From Lytechinus pictus (taxonomy: Eukaryota), in assembly GCF_037042905.1 (NCBI RefSeq), contig NC_087252.1, forward strand, positions 992,001 to 1,054,000: a stretch of 62,000 nt of DNA, read 5' to 3'. How positions within the stretch are numbered: position 1 is the first letter of the stretch; each line of letters opens with the position of its first letter. The notes under the pieces were generated by a model that saw nothing but the letters and a program-made list of their open reading frames with translations, searched no databases and was not told the DNA's origin. The position numbers and the translations under genes are program-made. This document shows, one piece after another, positions 1-13,200 of the stretch.

Positions 1-980
1 AGTCCGATTTGCATGAGGTATGGAAGCTTGGGGTCGTACTAAACCAAAATTGATGTGTAAAGGTAAACCAACGACCGAAGGACCTGTGACAACAAAATAT
101 TCCTGTACTTATTTAGGGGTTCGTTTCAGGGAATACTTGCCAAGACTAGAGTATCGTTTTGTTCCCAATACTTGTTAAGGGTAGGGTTTCACACGCCAAT
201 ACTAAAAGCTAGGTTTTCATTCCACTATTCTTTAACAAAAATAACTCGACCTTGTATTCAGATGTCGAATAGAGACATGATATCACGTGACAGTATCAAT
301 ACAAAGAAATGTAACTATCCGACTGGGGGCTTTCAGTCGTATTCGACGGTAGATATCAATAATAAGATAATGGCCACATGAAGGCCTCAGCGTCTGGCAT
401 ATTCGTTAGCCACTTCTTCAAAATGACCAACACTAATCAAGCCGAGAATGCCGCTTGACTGCTTCATATCAATCAATGCTTAGTGTTTTGAGCGTCTCAC
501 TTTTCAACCCAGGAATCATAACATCTCTAAAATCAATCCAGGTTGCATGGCATGGAACTGTAAAAACTAAATTATCAGCTTCAGCTGGTCCTGTCTCTTC
601 GGTCGCCTGATGATGCTGCATTTTCTGTTATTTGACAGATGAGTGAAAGGACGAAAGAACAGACCATATTCTGTCCTGGATCGAGGGTATATAATTATGA
701 AGCTGGAGGGACGAACTTAATGTTGACACAATTAAAATCTGTTTTGGCTTGAAAAGAAGTCTTGACAAGTGTGTGTGTTTAAATGTCACCATCTGACAGG
801 ACGTGACCAGGGCTCGAATCTCCAACCTCTGCATCAATTTATAGCTTCCTCATTGTAGCTTGGATCATACAGTCGCACACCACACCGCCCAGGAAAACAT
901 TGACGAGCAACGTCTTGACCAAGAAAGATCTGGAATATATATCCCGACCCGGATCGAAAGACGCACATGTACAAACTAAG

Positions 981-1176
981 ATGGTGGAGGAGTCGCACAG
1001 ACCGTCATTGAGAAGGTGGCTCATTCTCGCAGGCGTGTCCCTGACCTTCTTCCTCGAGGTAGGGGTCCTGAAGAGCTATGGTGTCTTCCTGAACGATATC
1101 ACCAGGGACCTTGACACGACCACTGGATTAGTGGGACTAGTCTCGGGACTTGCTCAAGGAATTATGTATTTGTTAG
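981..1176 (+). CDS. MCT-like transporter coding exon 1 (TM1-2)
   Basis: ATG at 981, MVEESHRPSLRRWLILAGVSLTFFLEVGVLKSYGVF..., donor G|GTAGGT at 1177. Confidence 0.85.
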
Positions 1177-1236
1177 GTAGGTACATCATTGAGGTGATGA
1201 TGGTGATGATGATGGCAATGATGATGATGATGGCGA

Positions 1237-1267
<31 letters not shown>

Positions 1268-1478
1268 GATGATGGATTATGATGATGATAATGGATGATG
1301 ATGATGATGGATGACGATGATGATGATGATGATGATGGTGATGGTGGTGGTGGTGATGATGATGATGGTGATGATGATGATGGTGGTGGTGGTGGTGATG
1401 ATGATGATGATGGTGGTGGTGGTGATGATGATGATGATGATGATGGTGATGGTGATGGTGGTGGTGGTGGTGATGATG

Positions 1479-1510
<32 letters not shown>

Positions 1511-4500
1511 GATGTTGATGATGATTTTGACGATGGTGATGATGACGATAATGATGATAGGGGTGATTATGACGGTGACGATGATGACGACGATGATGAC
1601 GATGGTTGTGGTGGTGTGGTGGGTGATGATGATACTGATGACGTGGATTTAAATCATGACTATATTCATAGAGGAAACGTCTTCAAATGGTTTATTTCCA
1701 ATTGCCAACTCTTCTACTACCATTTGGTCTATCATCAGTTCGTCTACTCACCACATGGTCTACTTTCATTTAGACTAATGCCATTCTGTCTAATAACCAG
1801 TTGGTCCAAAAGCCATTTAGTCCATATACCATTTGATCTAACCAAACTAAAGTGTCAATTGTGAAAAATGAATGAAAATTGGTATTAGACCAACTGGTTA
1901 TTAGACGAAATGGTAATAGACGAAAGGGTGATTAGACGAAATGGAGATTAGACGTAGTGATGATTGGACCAAATGGTTGTTAGACGAAATGTTGATGGAC
2001 GGAATGTCATTCGACTAAATGAAGGTAGACCATGTGGTGAGTGGACGAGTTGGCAGTGGACGAACTGGCAATTTACCCTTCAAAGTATGTCATTCGACTA
2101 TATACATATCAACATTGCCATCAAGATCAACGATCATTAGTGATTACGATGATGCAATTATTGTATAATCACAATGATCATGTTTAATTATGTTTATAGT
2201 GATGATGAATGGACGTGATCATTCTTAAAGGTCAGAACGTTGCATGTGGGGCTCAATTTCTAAATCATCGCAATAATCCCAAGCGAGTGAGCGAAAAGTT
2301 TGGCATTTACAAACAAAAATCTAATTTGTGACCCTCCCGCCCCCCCCCCCATTTTCTTGTCTGACTTCGTGTTTACTGTGTTTTTTTCTCTGTCTTGTAA
2401 CATTTTAAGGGGATGCCCCCCCCCCACAAGCCCCGCCACTGTCTATGCGCCAGTGATTAGAGAAAAAACCCATCAATATTAATTTCTCTCCCTCCGTCTC
2501 TATCTCTGTCAGTTCCCAGTCTTGTCCCTATTATCTTTCTATAACTTTGAATTTAATGACATAGATTTTGAATATAGTGCATTTTTAGTACTTTCACAAG
2601 TTTACATGATGAACAGACAAAAATTTAGGGGTATTATTACTTAAGGTTAACGTTATTTCAAAGCTCTATTTACTTTGAAGTACTAATTGAGCAACAGTGC
2701 TGATACCTTCTCATTATTGATATGAAGAGTTTAGTTGCAAAAGGGGTTAGGTCCACTTTTTACCATTCCGAGAAAAACCATGTTTTTTATTCTCACTTAC
2801 TGCAATACTCTTATGAGAAAGTAAATTGTCATGATGTACTACCCTATCAAGTGAACATAAAATTGAGTATAAAAGAAATCTACCTGTCTTCAATTTTTTT
2901 CTATATATTCTTTTAAAAATTATCATCGTGGACCTTACCCCTTTTAAAAAAGTGATTTTTGCCACTTTTATTCACGTTTTCATGTGAATTTCAAATTTTC
3001 GTTGTTTTCATCAGAATGACTAAAATTTATAGGTTTTGAGACAGAAAACAATAAAAAATTATGAACATTGGACCTAGCCCCTTTTGACAAATTAGCTCTT
3101 CACTAATAGTTTGTTTTCAAAAGGGGTTAGGTCCACTCCAAGAAAATCATTTTTGTCTCACCTGCATAGCAGAGTGAGACTATAGGCGCCGCTTTTCCGA
3201 CGGCGGCGGCGGCGTCAACACCAAATCTTAAACTGAGGTTAAGTTTTTGAAATGACAGCATAACTTAGAAAGTATATGGACCTAGTTCATGAAACTTGGC
3301 CATAAGGTTAATCAAGTATTACTGAACATCCTGCCTGAGTTTCATTCATTCATTCATTCATTTCATTTATTTTCCACAAATCAATCAAAATACAAAAACA
3401 TATAACTCATTCCAAAATAGTATGCATAATTACAATATAAATGCAGATTCAAAGTGGATGGACCTAAAGTAAAGCAAAAGCTTGTTGTGGATAGGCCCTT
3501 AACAAATAATTAATGTGTAATCATTGATAGCATTGATAGCTAAAAATAGTTACAGAAAAAATAGAGCTGAGCTCGGAGAAAGTTACAGAAATGGACAAGG
3601 ACGAAAACAGAGAACGTTACAAAGAACAGGGACACACAGGTTACTAGACAAGACAAGGAAGACAAAGCAAAACATAAAAGAAAGAAAGAAGGAAAGAAGA
3701 CCCGTCTATTATATTGCTGTTCACGATTGCGACGTTTAAGGATGACATGAAATATTTTGACAGAATTGGTCGTATGCCAATGAAATAGAAAATAGTAGAC
3801 GGGTCCTTTGTAAGGGTATATAAGGGTAATTCATTCATTTTGTTTTCAATCTTGTCAAAAAACATATTGTCAGTGTAATATTTTGAATCTTGTTTATATA
3901 TTAATAATTCATCATCATGTGGTGTAAAATCAAAATTTAATGAGTTGGTATTAAGATCATCTGCCATTAGCTGATCAAAAACATCTGGGGCAAAATTCCC
4001 AGAGGATTCATGAGTAGGTGTATGAGCATAAGTTTGGAAAGCTGAATGAAAATCATTATCATCCAATGCTAAAAAAGGGAAAATGTTACACAAACTCATC
4101 ATGGGTGTGAAAGGATGTATATATCTCAGTGTACATGAACATCATGGTAAATACGACATACCGTAGCAAGTAATATTGAACATATGTAAGTAACATAAAT
4201 ATATGGGACATGTTTTTAGGGAATTCAGAGCTGCAGATACCCAGACAAACAAAAACACATGATAAAAACATTTAACGGATGATAAGCGTAGCCGAGAACG
4301 AGGTGACAAAGGGATTGGTTCAATTAAATAATGGGGCAATCTAGTCTCTCCTGCCAGAATTAAAGCAAAGTTTTCATATTCTCTTATAACAGTAGCATAG
4401 GAGTCAGGAGGTCAAGATATAGGGAAGACTGAGGACAGGGAGAGAGAGAAATAGAGAGAGTAGGGAGGAAAGAAGGGAAAAAAAGAAGTTTACATCGTTG

Positions 4501-7500
4501 AAGATTTTTTTTTTTAATGTTACAAAATACAAATTCAGTAGTTGACATATCATCATGATCATGATATGTCGAATGAGAAAAGAAAAAAAAAACATTATAT
4601 ACAGTAAACGATATATATACATACAAGCAAGGTCAATGTCTATTCCACAGAAGTATAGATTCAAGTCTATTCCACCGAAGAAAAGGCATGTCACATGACT
4701 AAGGTCATTTAGGGTCAATGAACTTAGACCATGTTGGGGGAATCAACATCAAAATCTTAACCTAAGGTTAAGTTTTTGAAATGTCATCATAACTAAGAAA
4801 ATATATGGTCCTAGTTCATGAAACTTAAACATAAGGTTAATCAAGTATCACTGAACATCCGGCATGGGTTTCACGTCACATGACCAAGGTCAAAGGTCAT
4901 TTAGGGTCAATGAACTTTGGCCGAATTGGGGGTATCTGTTGAATTACCATCATAACTTTGAAAGTTTATGGATCTGATTCATGAAACTTGGACATAATAG
5001 TTATCAAGTATTACTAAACATCCTGTGCAAGTTTCAGGTCACATGATCAAGGTAAGAGGTCATTTAGGGTCAATGAACTTTGGCCAAAGTGGGGTATTTG
5101 TTGAATTACAGCCATAAATTTGAAAGTGTGTTGGTCTAGTTCATAAAACTTGGACATAAGAGTAATCAAGTATCACTGAACATCCTGTGCACATTTTAGG
5201 TCACATGACCATGGTCAAAGGTCAATGAACTTTGGCCATAATGGGGGTATCTGTTGAATTACCATCATAACTTTGAAAGTTGATGGATCTGACTCTTGAA
5301 ACTGGGACATAAGACTAATCAAGTATCACTGAACATCCTGTGCGAGTTTCAGGTCACATGATCAAGGTCAAAGGTCATGTAAGGTCAAAGAACTTTGGGC
5401 ACGTTGGGGGTATTTGTTAAATTGCCATCATATCTCTATAAGTGTATTGGTCTAGTTCATAAAACGTGGAAATAAGAGAAACCAAGTATCACTGAACATC
5501 TTGTGCGAGTTAAAGTAGTTTTCAAAATCAGCACTGCTACTATATTGAATCGCGTGATGCAGGTGAGACGGCCAGAGGCATTCCACTTGTTTAATCTCCA
5601 ATATTGCAATATTTTTATGCGAAACTAAATTTAATGATACCCTACCATGAGAACATAAAATTGGGTATAAAAGAAACCTACCTGTCTTCATATCTTTTAA
5701 AATATTATTTTCCCAAAAAATACTGTGTGGACCTAACCCCTTTTGCAACCAAACTGAAATGGACCTAATCCCTTTTGAAAAAAAGGTGATTTTTCTTTGC
5801 CATTCTAGATCACATTTTAATTAGAATTTCAACTTTTATTTGGTATCATCTTATAGAGCTACTAAAAATCTATACATTGAGACAAACAAATCAAATTTGA
5901 TGAAATATGGACCTAACCGCTTTTGCAAGTGAGCTCTTCATATACGGTTCAGAAAGCAGTATTTAAACAGACTTAGGGATGATTGCATTTCGTCTTTAGA
6001 ATCATTGGACCTTTCACACGCTCACTCGAAAACTGTGATTTGAACGGAATGGAACTGGAATTCACCTCAGGGAGTAGAATTTGAATTCGTGATTGTGATT
6101 ACCGTTCGTGATTCTAATCATGTTTTAGTAAGGTTTCACACGTGCTAGAAATTCGTCATAAGCCTTATTTTTCGCTGCACAGCAAAAACTGTGGTGTTAA
6201 CCGGTGTACATAGAGGACCACACCAGTTATTTTACACCGGTGTTAAATTGGTGGTGTTAGTTTTACACCTATAGGTGTTATTACAACACCTATGGTTGTT
6301 ACATTTACAATCTTTGGTGTTATGTTCAATCTCTAGGGTGTTATTTTAACACCTCAGGGTGTGGTCCTCTATTAACACCAATTGGTGTCACTTTTAACAC
6401 CACAGTTTTTACAGTGTGGAATCATCATTCAAATTAAGTTTTTTTAACCGTGTGAAAGGGCGGATAGTGATTTTTTTTCTCATCGGATTGATAATACAGT
6501 TAACTAAAATTTAAAGATTTTGCCAGTGTTTTATTTGAGGGATTGATAGGAATTTTAGCTCAGCATTCTGACCCCATGAGACCCAATGTATTGGCTCAAG
6601 TCTTGACTGCGTATTTCGATACACTGCAAAAAATCCGGTACTGATTTAACACCAGCCCGGAATCTATATAAAATTATGTCCACACCGGCCAGAGAAGTAT
6701 TGAAACAACACCAGTTTGGAATCAAACCGATGCTGTTTTAATACTAATTGATGTTGTATAAACACCTATCTGGTGTTAGACCAAAATCAAACTGGGCCCT
6801 TGTTTAAAACTTCTCTGGTGTGGACGTATATAGATACCGGGCTGCACTGTAAAAACTGTGGTGTTAAAACTGACACCAATTGGTGTTAATAGAGGACCAC
6901 ACCCTGAGGTGTTAAAATAACACCCTAGATATTGAAAATAACACCAAAGAGTAAATGTAACAACCATAGGTGTTGTGATAACACCTATAGGTGTAAAACT
7001 AACACCACCAATTTAACACCGGTGTAAAATAACTGGTGTGGTCATCTATGTATACCGGTTAACACCACAGTTTTTGCTGTGTGGTGTTAAATCAACACCG
7101 GTGTTTTTGCAGTGTATACCCAACTTTCAAAAATGCCATTTCAGAATTCCGGTCTGATTTCCGACACTAAACGTTTTTTTTTTTCGTTTGGCCTATTTTA
7201 ATGTCAATGTAAATTTAAAGTGAGGAGCATGAATTTCACTTGAAATGTTGAGGTCTTAAGAAAAGGGAGACAATTGGATTTAAAAAAAAAGTTGGTTTGA
7301 AAAGGTATTACACAATCTTACTGTAAATGTCACATTCGCATGCTGCTTACAAATAACAAAGAAAATTATGATTTTGAGACGAATCTGAGGGTAGCCTATA
7401 GAAATAGTCTAGATCCGGACGTTTGTAGTTATTTTTCGAAAACCCTACACTCACTCACTCACCCCGCGGACAGAATACTGTGTGAGATGAAAGAGTGTAG

Positions 7501-7664
7501 GTTTTTCCAAATAAATGACTACTAACGTCCGGATCTAGACTAGTAGAAATATTGAGGACACTGCGGGAATTTAAACAAGGGAAAAAATGGGATGGGATCT
7601 ATAGAGAGAGGGGAAGACATGGAAGAGAAAGAAAGATATGGAGAAAAGAAGCGAGAAATGAATG

Positions 7665-7709
<45 letters not shown>

Positions 7710-9999
7710 TGGAGAGTGGAAGAAAGGGTAATAAGCGGGGGGGGGGGTGGGGGTGCGAGGGAGAGAGGAATAAGAAGAGCAATATGTAGAATGGAAAAGA
7801 GAATTAAAGAGATAACGTGGAAACAGTAAGAGTGAGGGGGGGGGGGAGAGATGGGAAGACTGAGAGTGAAAACCGAAGGGGATGTGGGATAGCGAAAGGA
7901 AGAAAAATAGCATTTTGGAGAATATGGAAGAGGAAAATAAATAAAAGGAGAGAGAGGAGGGCCGGGGGTAATAAGCAAAGGCCTGTGGCGACAACTGGGC
8001 ATTTTAATAGGAGGGGGGGGGGGGGGAGCAAGATGCCGATATGCATCTTTATCAACAAAAGTATTTTGTTTTATAAAGACTGCATTCCTCCCCGTCGTCC
8101 TTTGACACTCAAGGACGATTTGCTTTGTTAATGCAGTCTCAGAATAATGGTGTTTTTTAATAAGAAAAAGTGAGGGCTGAGGAGATATCTTTCAGTCTCT
8201 GAAACCCTTTCAATTCACTCATCTGAAGGTTTTCAATTCAATTCGATTCAAAACAACATTCACTGCATTCAAATCCGTTAACTTTTCCTTTTTAGGGTCC
8301 GTAAGTGTATATATCACTGCTGTGTGTGGGCCCTACAAGCGGAGCAACCACAATATTGCCTTTCCATTTCTATATGTTGATTAAAATTCGCAAAATCTAT
8401 TTCAAAAGACTGCCCATAAAATAAATTTGGCATTCTCCTCAGAAAGCAGCTTTTGTAGTAAATCTAAGATACGATTCTTCGTGTTTTTTTAATACTTTTA
8501 TTATTGATGAAATATTTTGTAAACCTTAAGATGTATTACGCGCGGGACGCGCGTTTCCGTTTTACACCCTGGCGAAGGCATTTTCCGGGAAAATAGCCAC
8601 AAAGCGACTAGTGAAGAGTCTACGTCTACGTTTGTTTACATAATCAGCTGGGCGCGCGATCCAAAAGTCCGCACCGAAGATATCCGCAGAACATTATGAA
8701 ATGCAGCTGAGCTTATAGACCAAAAGCTTCAGTCTCTGTATTTTGGTTGTTCCGCTGAACTATATACGTTGGCTTCATGATTTTTTTTTTTACTTTATCG
8801 CACATGATCGTTTATATGAATGAAAACGATTAATAGCTAAAATATTGAACAATAAAACACATAATTACTTTTTTTCATATTATATCTATCATATCTGTCT
8901 ATCCACTATCTATGTTATAAATCAATCTATGGAACTACATGATATATCTATCTGTTATTTTGTCTATCTACTCTGTCTCTCTCATTCTCTATCTACCTAT
9001 CTATCTGTCTATCTATCTATCCATCTAACATCTATCTCTCAAATTCTCTATCTATCCATCTGTCTCTCTTTTATTTCTCTCTATCCATCTATTAATCTAC
9101 TCATGTGCAATATCAACACTGCTTCGACTTCCTTCGGGAGTCTATTTCTTCAGCTCTACTTTTCCCTTTTTTGTGCTCGATTCGATTCAATTACTATACT
9201 TTATTTACTTGTTACCATTGTTAAATGTCTTGTATTGCATAATGAGTTTTTTTTCTGAAGGTTGCCTCCTATTCTCTTTCAAATTCCACCTCTTGCTTTC
9301 CCTTCTCTTTGTCTTATCCCAATTTCTTTCCCTTCTCTCACCTCTTTCTTCTTAATCTTTCATTCCACTTTTTTTCTTCTTTGGTGACACTTTGTAGTAC
9401 TTTTGGCCTTTTGTATTTATTTATGATACATTTCTTTTTCATCTGTATGAATTTGTATTGTATTTGATATTTATTTATAATGTTTACTTTATATTTTGTT
9501 ATGATTCTATTTGTATGTAAACATTCACCTATTTCAGTCTTTGACTGCTTGTGATTGTATTTTGATAGTTTTTATTGCAATAAAATCCAATATATATATA
9601 TATATCTCAAATTCTCTCTATCTATCCATCTGTCTGTCTTTTTCTCTCTCTCTCTATCCGTCTATCTATCTCTCGAATTATCTCTATCCCTCTATCTGTC
9701 TGTCTCTCAAATTCTCTCTCTCTCTATCTATCTATCCATCTGTCTGTCTTTTTCTCTTTATCCGTCTATATATCTATCTATGTAACTACAGTATAAATCT
9801 ATCTGTTAATCTTCTCTGTCTCTCTCATTCTTTATCTATCTAACATCTATCTATCTTTCAAATTCTCTATCTCTCTCTCCCTCTATCTATCTATCCATCT
9901 GTCTGTCTTTTTTTCTCTCTTTCTCTATTTCTTTTTTTCCGTCCATATATATATCTATCTATCTATCTATATGATCTCTCCATCTCTCAAGTTCTCCCC

Positions 10000-10032
<33 letters not shown>

Positions 10033-10084
10033 CATCTCTCTGTCTTTCTCTCTCTCTACTTCTATATCTTTCTATCTATCTATC

Positions 10085-10116
<32 letters not shown>

Positions 10117-10171
10117 ACATCTCTCCATCTCTCAAGTTCTCACCCCCATCTATATCTATCTATCTAAAAAG

Positions 10172-10202
<31 letters not shown>

Positions 10203-10205
10203 ACT

Positions 10206-10236
<31 letters not shown>

Positions 10237-13200
10237 CTCTATCTATTTATCAGTCTTCTATATCTATCTTTCGACATCTAAGTGTATCAATCCATCAAAC
10301 TTCAATTTTCTTTCTATTATATGTATCTGTTTATTTTTATTTTGTCTGTCATTCTATTCATTTAGTTAATAATTTATATTTAGAAAACAAACTTTTTCAT
10401 AATTTTTCATTAAAAAACCGTAACTGCAAAAGCATGTTCGGATTTCACTCATATGACTGCTCTCTGTACATGAAGTGCCGAGGAACTCTATGCTCTGATC
10501 AGTATGTGCAGATTCCAAGCGGTGGTGTGGGACTCGCCTGTGTCGCACGCTGCAACCAGCGACGCGTGTAGACTCTTCACTAGTCGCTTTGTGGCTATTT
10601 TTGCGGAAAATGCCTTCGCCAGGGTGTAAAACGGAAACGCGCTTACGGCGCGGACATAGCAGTGTAATTTTCTCTACAAATTGATCCTGTATTTTTGTTA
10701 CTCCGTCTTTGTCTTTCAGCTCCAGTGAGTAGGTTCTTGATGAAACATTTTTCCACACGACAGGTTTTCATCACCGGAGCAATAATTGGTAGTTCATCCT
10801 ACATAATAGCTTCCTTTTCATCATCAGCTTTGCAATTTGGAATTTTTTTGCTCTTATCAGGTAACTACATAACAAGGGTATTATTCTCTCCGTTTAGGCG
10901 TTTAGTAGGGAGTTTGCGCACTCACTGAACAGACGCTTTCTATATCGCAGAGATATCACGCCCTCTACGTCCTCGTCAGGTGCTTCATCCCTGCTTTTTG
11001 TCAAAGCCCTTCAATGAAAAAATCTATCGAAAATCGGTGGATCAAAACAACAATGTCGTCCTGGACTCTGGACAAATTACTTTTTTGCACTTTTTCGTCC
11101 CGTCTGAATCTTCGGACGATCTGTTGTCCTGGTCCACCAACTTTCGACAAAAGCTTCTTACATGTACATTTTTATTTGACTTACATTTTCAAAGGAATTG
11201 GTGCGTTATAGAAAGCGTCTGCGTCGTGATCGTTGCGAAAAAAATACGCTAGTCTGATCTTTATCGGTCTAATTCTTGTTCTAGAGCCATTTTATCTTTG
11301 TTCTAACGGCCATCTAGCCAAATCAATTGCACTGTGAAAAATGAAGTGCTATTTAGCAGTCAATATACAAGCACTGTAAGTGCTATAAATGAGCACTTCC
11401 TTTTACAATTTTTTTAATATGTCTACTTCTTCTTGCCACCTAATAAGTCTGAATGTAAGAGGATTAAGGAACAAACATAAACGCAGTCAAATATATAGAT
11501 GGTGTAAACAACAAAAAGTTGATATATTGTTTTTGCAAGAAACCTACTGGACTGAGGAACTTGAAACCATTATTAATATGGAATGGAGAGGAAAATGTTT
11601 CTTTTCACATGGTACCAATCATTCTTGCGGTGTTGCTGTTCTTATAAGTGACAAAGTTGTTTTCACAAAATGATGGAAGAACTTTACTCCTTGATGTAAT
11701 GATAGAAGGTAACAATTATGTTTTAGTCAATGTCTATGCACCTACTGAAAGAAAAAAGAGAGAACATTTCCTACTGAAAATGCAAAAGTGGTTATCTCCT
11801 TATGATATTTCAGAAAACAAAACCCCTTTTATCTTAGGTGGTGACTGGAATTGTATATTGGATACAAAGAAAGATGTTCAGGGTAGTCAAAGTTCATACT
11901 ATAAAACACCACAAAAATTAATTCAACTTTGTAAACAAAAAAGATTGATAGATATTTGGAGAAAGACCCATTTAAATACGAAACAATTTACGTGGAGAAA
12001 TTTATATTTGAGAGTTGCATCAAGATTTGATTATTGGTTAATAAGTAAAAACCTGCAAGCAAAGGTCACATCAACTGATATAAGACCCTGCTTTAAAGCA
12101 GACCATAATGCTATTTCTCTCAAATTGACGACATCAAATATTTTAAAAGGAAGAGGATGTTGGAAAATGAATACAGAGGTGTTAAAAGAAAAGTGTTTTA
12201 AGAAAAAATTAGATTATTAATTAATGATATTTTAGAAAGTACAAATTTATCTCCTATGCATATATAGGAAAATATATAGATTAAAGCACGTAAATTCATA
12301 CAGAGGTATTGTAAAAGCAAGGCCTGCAAAAAGAAGGATACAAAGACTATTTTAGAAAAAAGATTCGCTGAACTCCAAAGAAAATTTGATGTTGACATTG
12401 ATTTCAGTGAACAGAAAGAATACATCTGTATAAAAAAGAATTGGAACAAATATATGAAAGAGAGTGTAAAGGTGCTGCTATTAGAGCAAGAGTCAGGTGG
12501 TTAGAAAAAGGTGAAAAGTGCACAAGTTATGTTTTAGGTTTAGAGAAATACAATTAAGAAGAAAAATATATTACCCAATTGCTATCTGTAAACAAAGATA
12601 AATATTGTACTAAACAAACAGAGATATTACAGGAAGTCGTAAAGTTTTATTCATTGTTATATAGAAAATCTGATATCGATAAAACTGAGAGAAATAATTA
12701 CTTTAACTCAGTACATGTTCCAAAGCTGAGTGATGAGGGAAGAAATAAATGTGAAGGATTGTTAACAAGTGCCGAATGCAAATGTGCTGCTTTTTCTATG
12801 AATAAAAACAAATCACCTGGTCTGGATGGTATTCCCATAGAGTTTTACCAAACCTTTTGGGACGACATCAAAGATATTTTATTGAGCGCTCTTAATGAAT
12901 GCTTTACAAATGGAGAAATGTCTGAAAGTCTGAAAGCTGGTCTTATTACAATGATTTGTATGAAAGGAGACCATAGATATCTAGAAAACTGGAGGCCAAT
13001 CTCGCTTTTAAATTGCGATTATAAAATAATGGCCGCACGATTGCAATCGGTTATTGGACAGATCGTTAACGAAGAACAAACTGGTTACATAAAACATCGC
13101 CTGTCTGCCTCCAATATACGTCTTACAATCGATGTCATTGAATTTATGAAAAGCAAATATTTAGATGGTGCTATAATGATGGCAGACTTTTCTAAAGCTT

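Larger units (their letters stand above)
2723..5940. mobile_element. TIR element (TGAAGAG...CTCTTCA, TA-flanked) made of two tandem units; the second unit is interrupted by a HINE
   Basis: TIR tgaagagtttagttgcaaaaggggttaggtcca vs ggacctaaccgcttttgcaagtgagctcttca; the same left end recurs at 57433. Confidence 0.65.

Noticed and set aside
900..980. TTG start extending the transporter N-terminus
   Set aside because: Non-ATG start from the ORF track; the first in-frame ATG is 981. An upstream exon cannot be excluded.
1190..1864. Poly-Met, poly-Asp and poly-Val ORFs
   Set aside because: Translations of a (GAT/GGT)n microsatellite downstream of the exon-1 donor.
7540..10270. Hydrophobic Leu/Ser-rich ORFs
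   Set aside because: Low-complexity (GA)n and (TCTA)n sequence.
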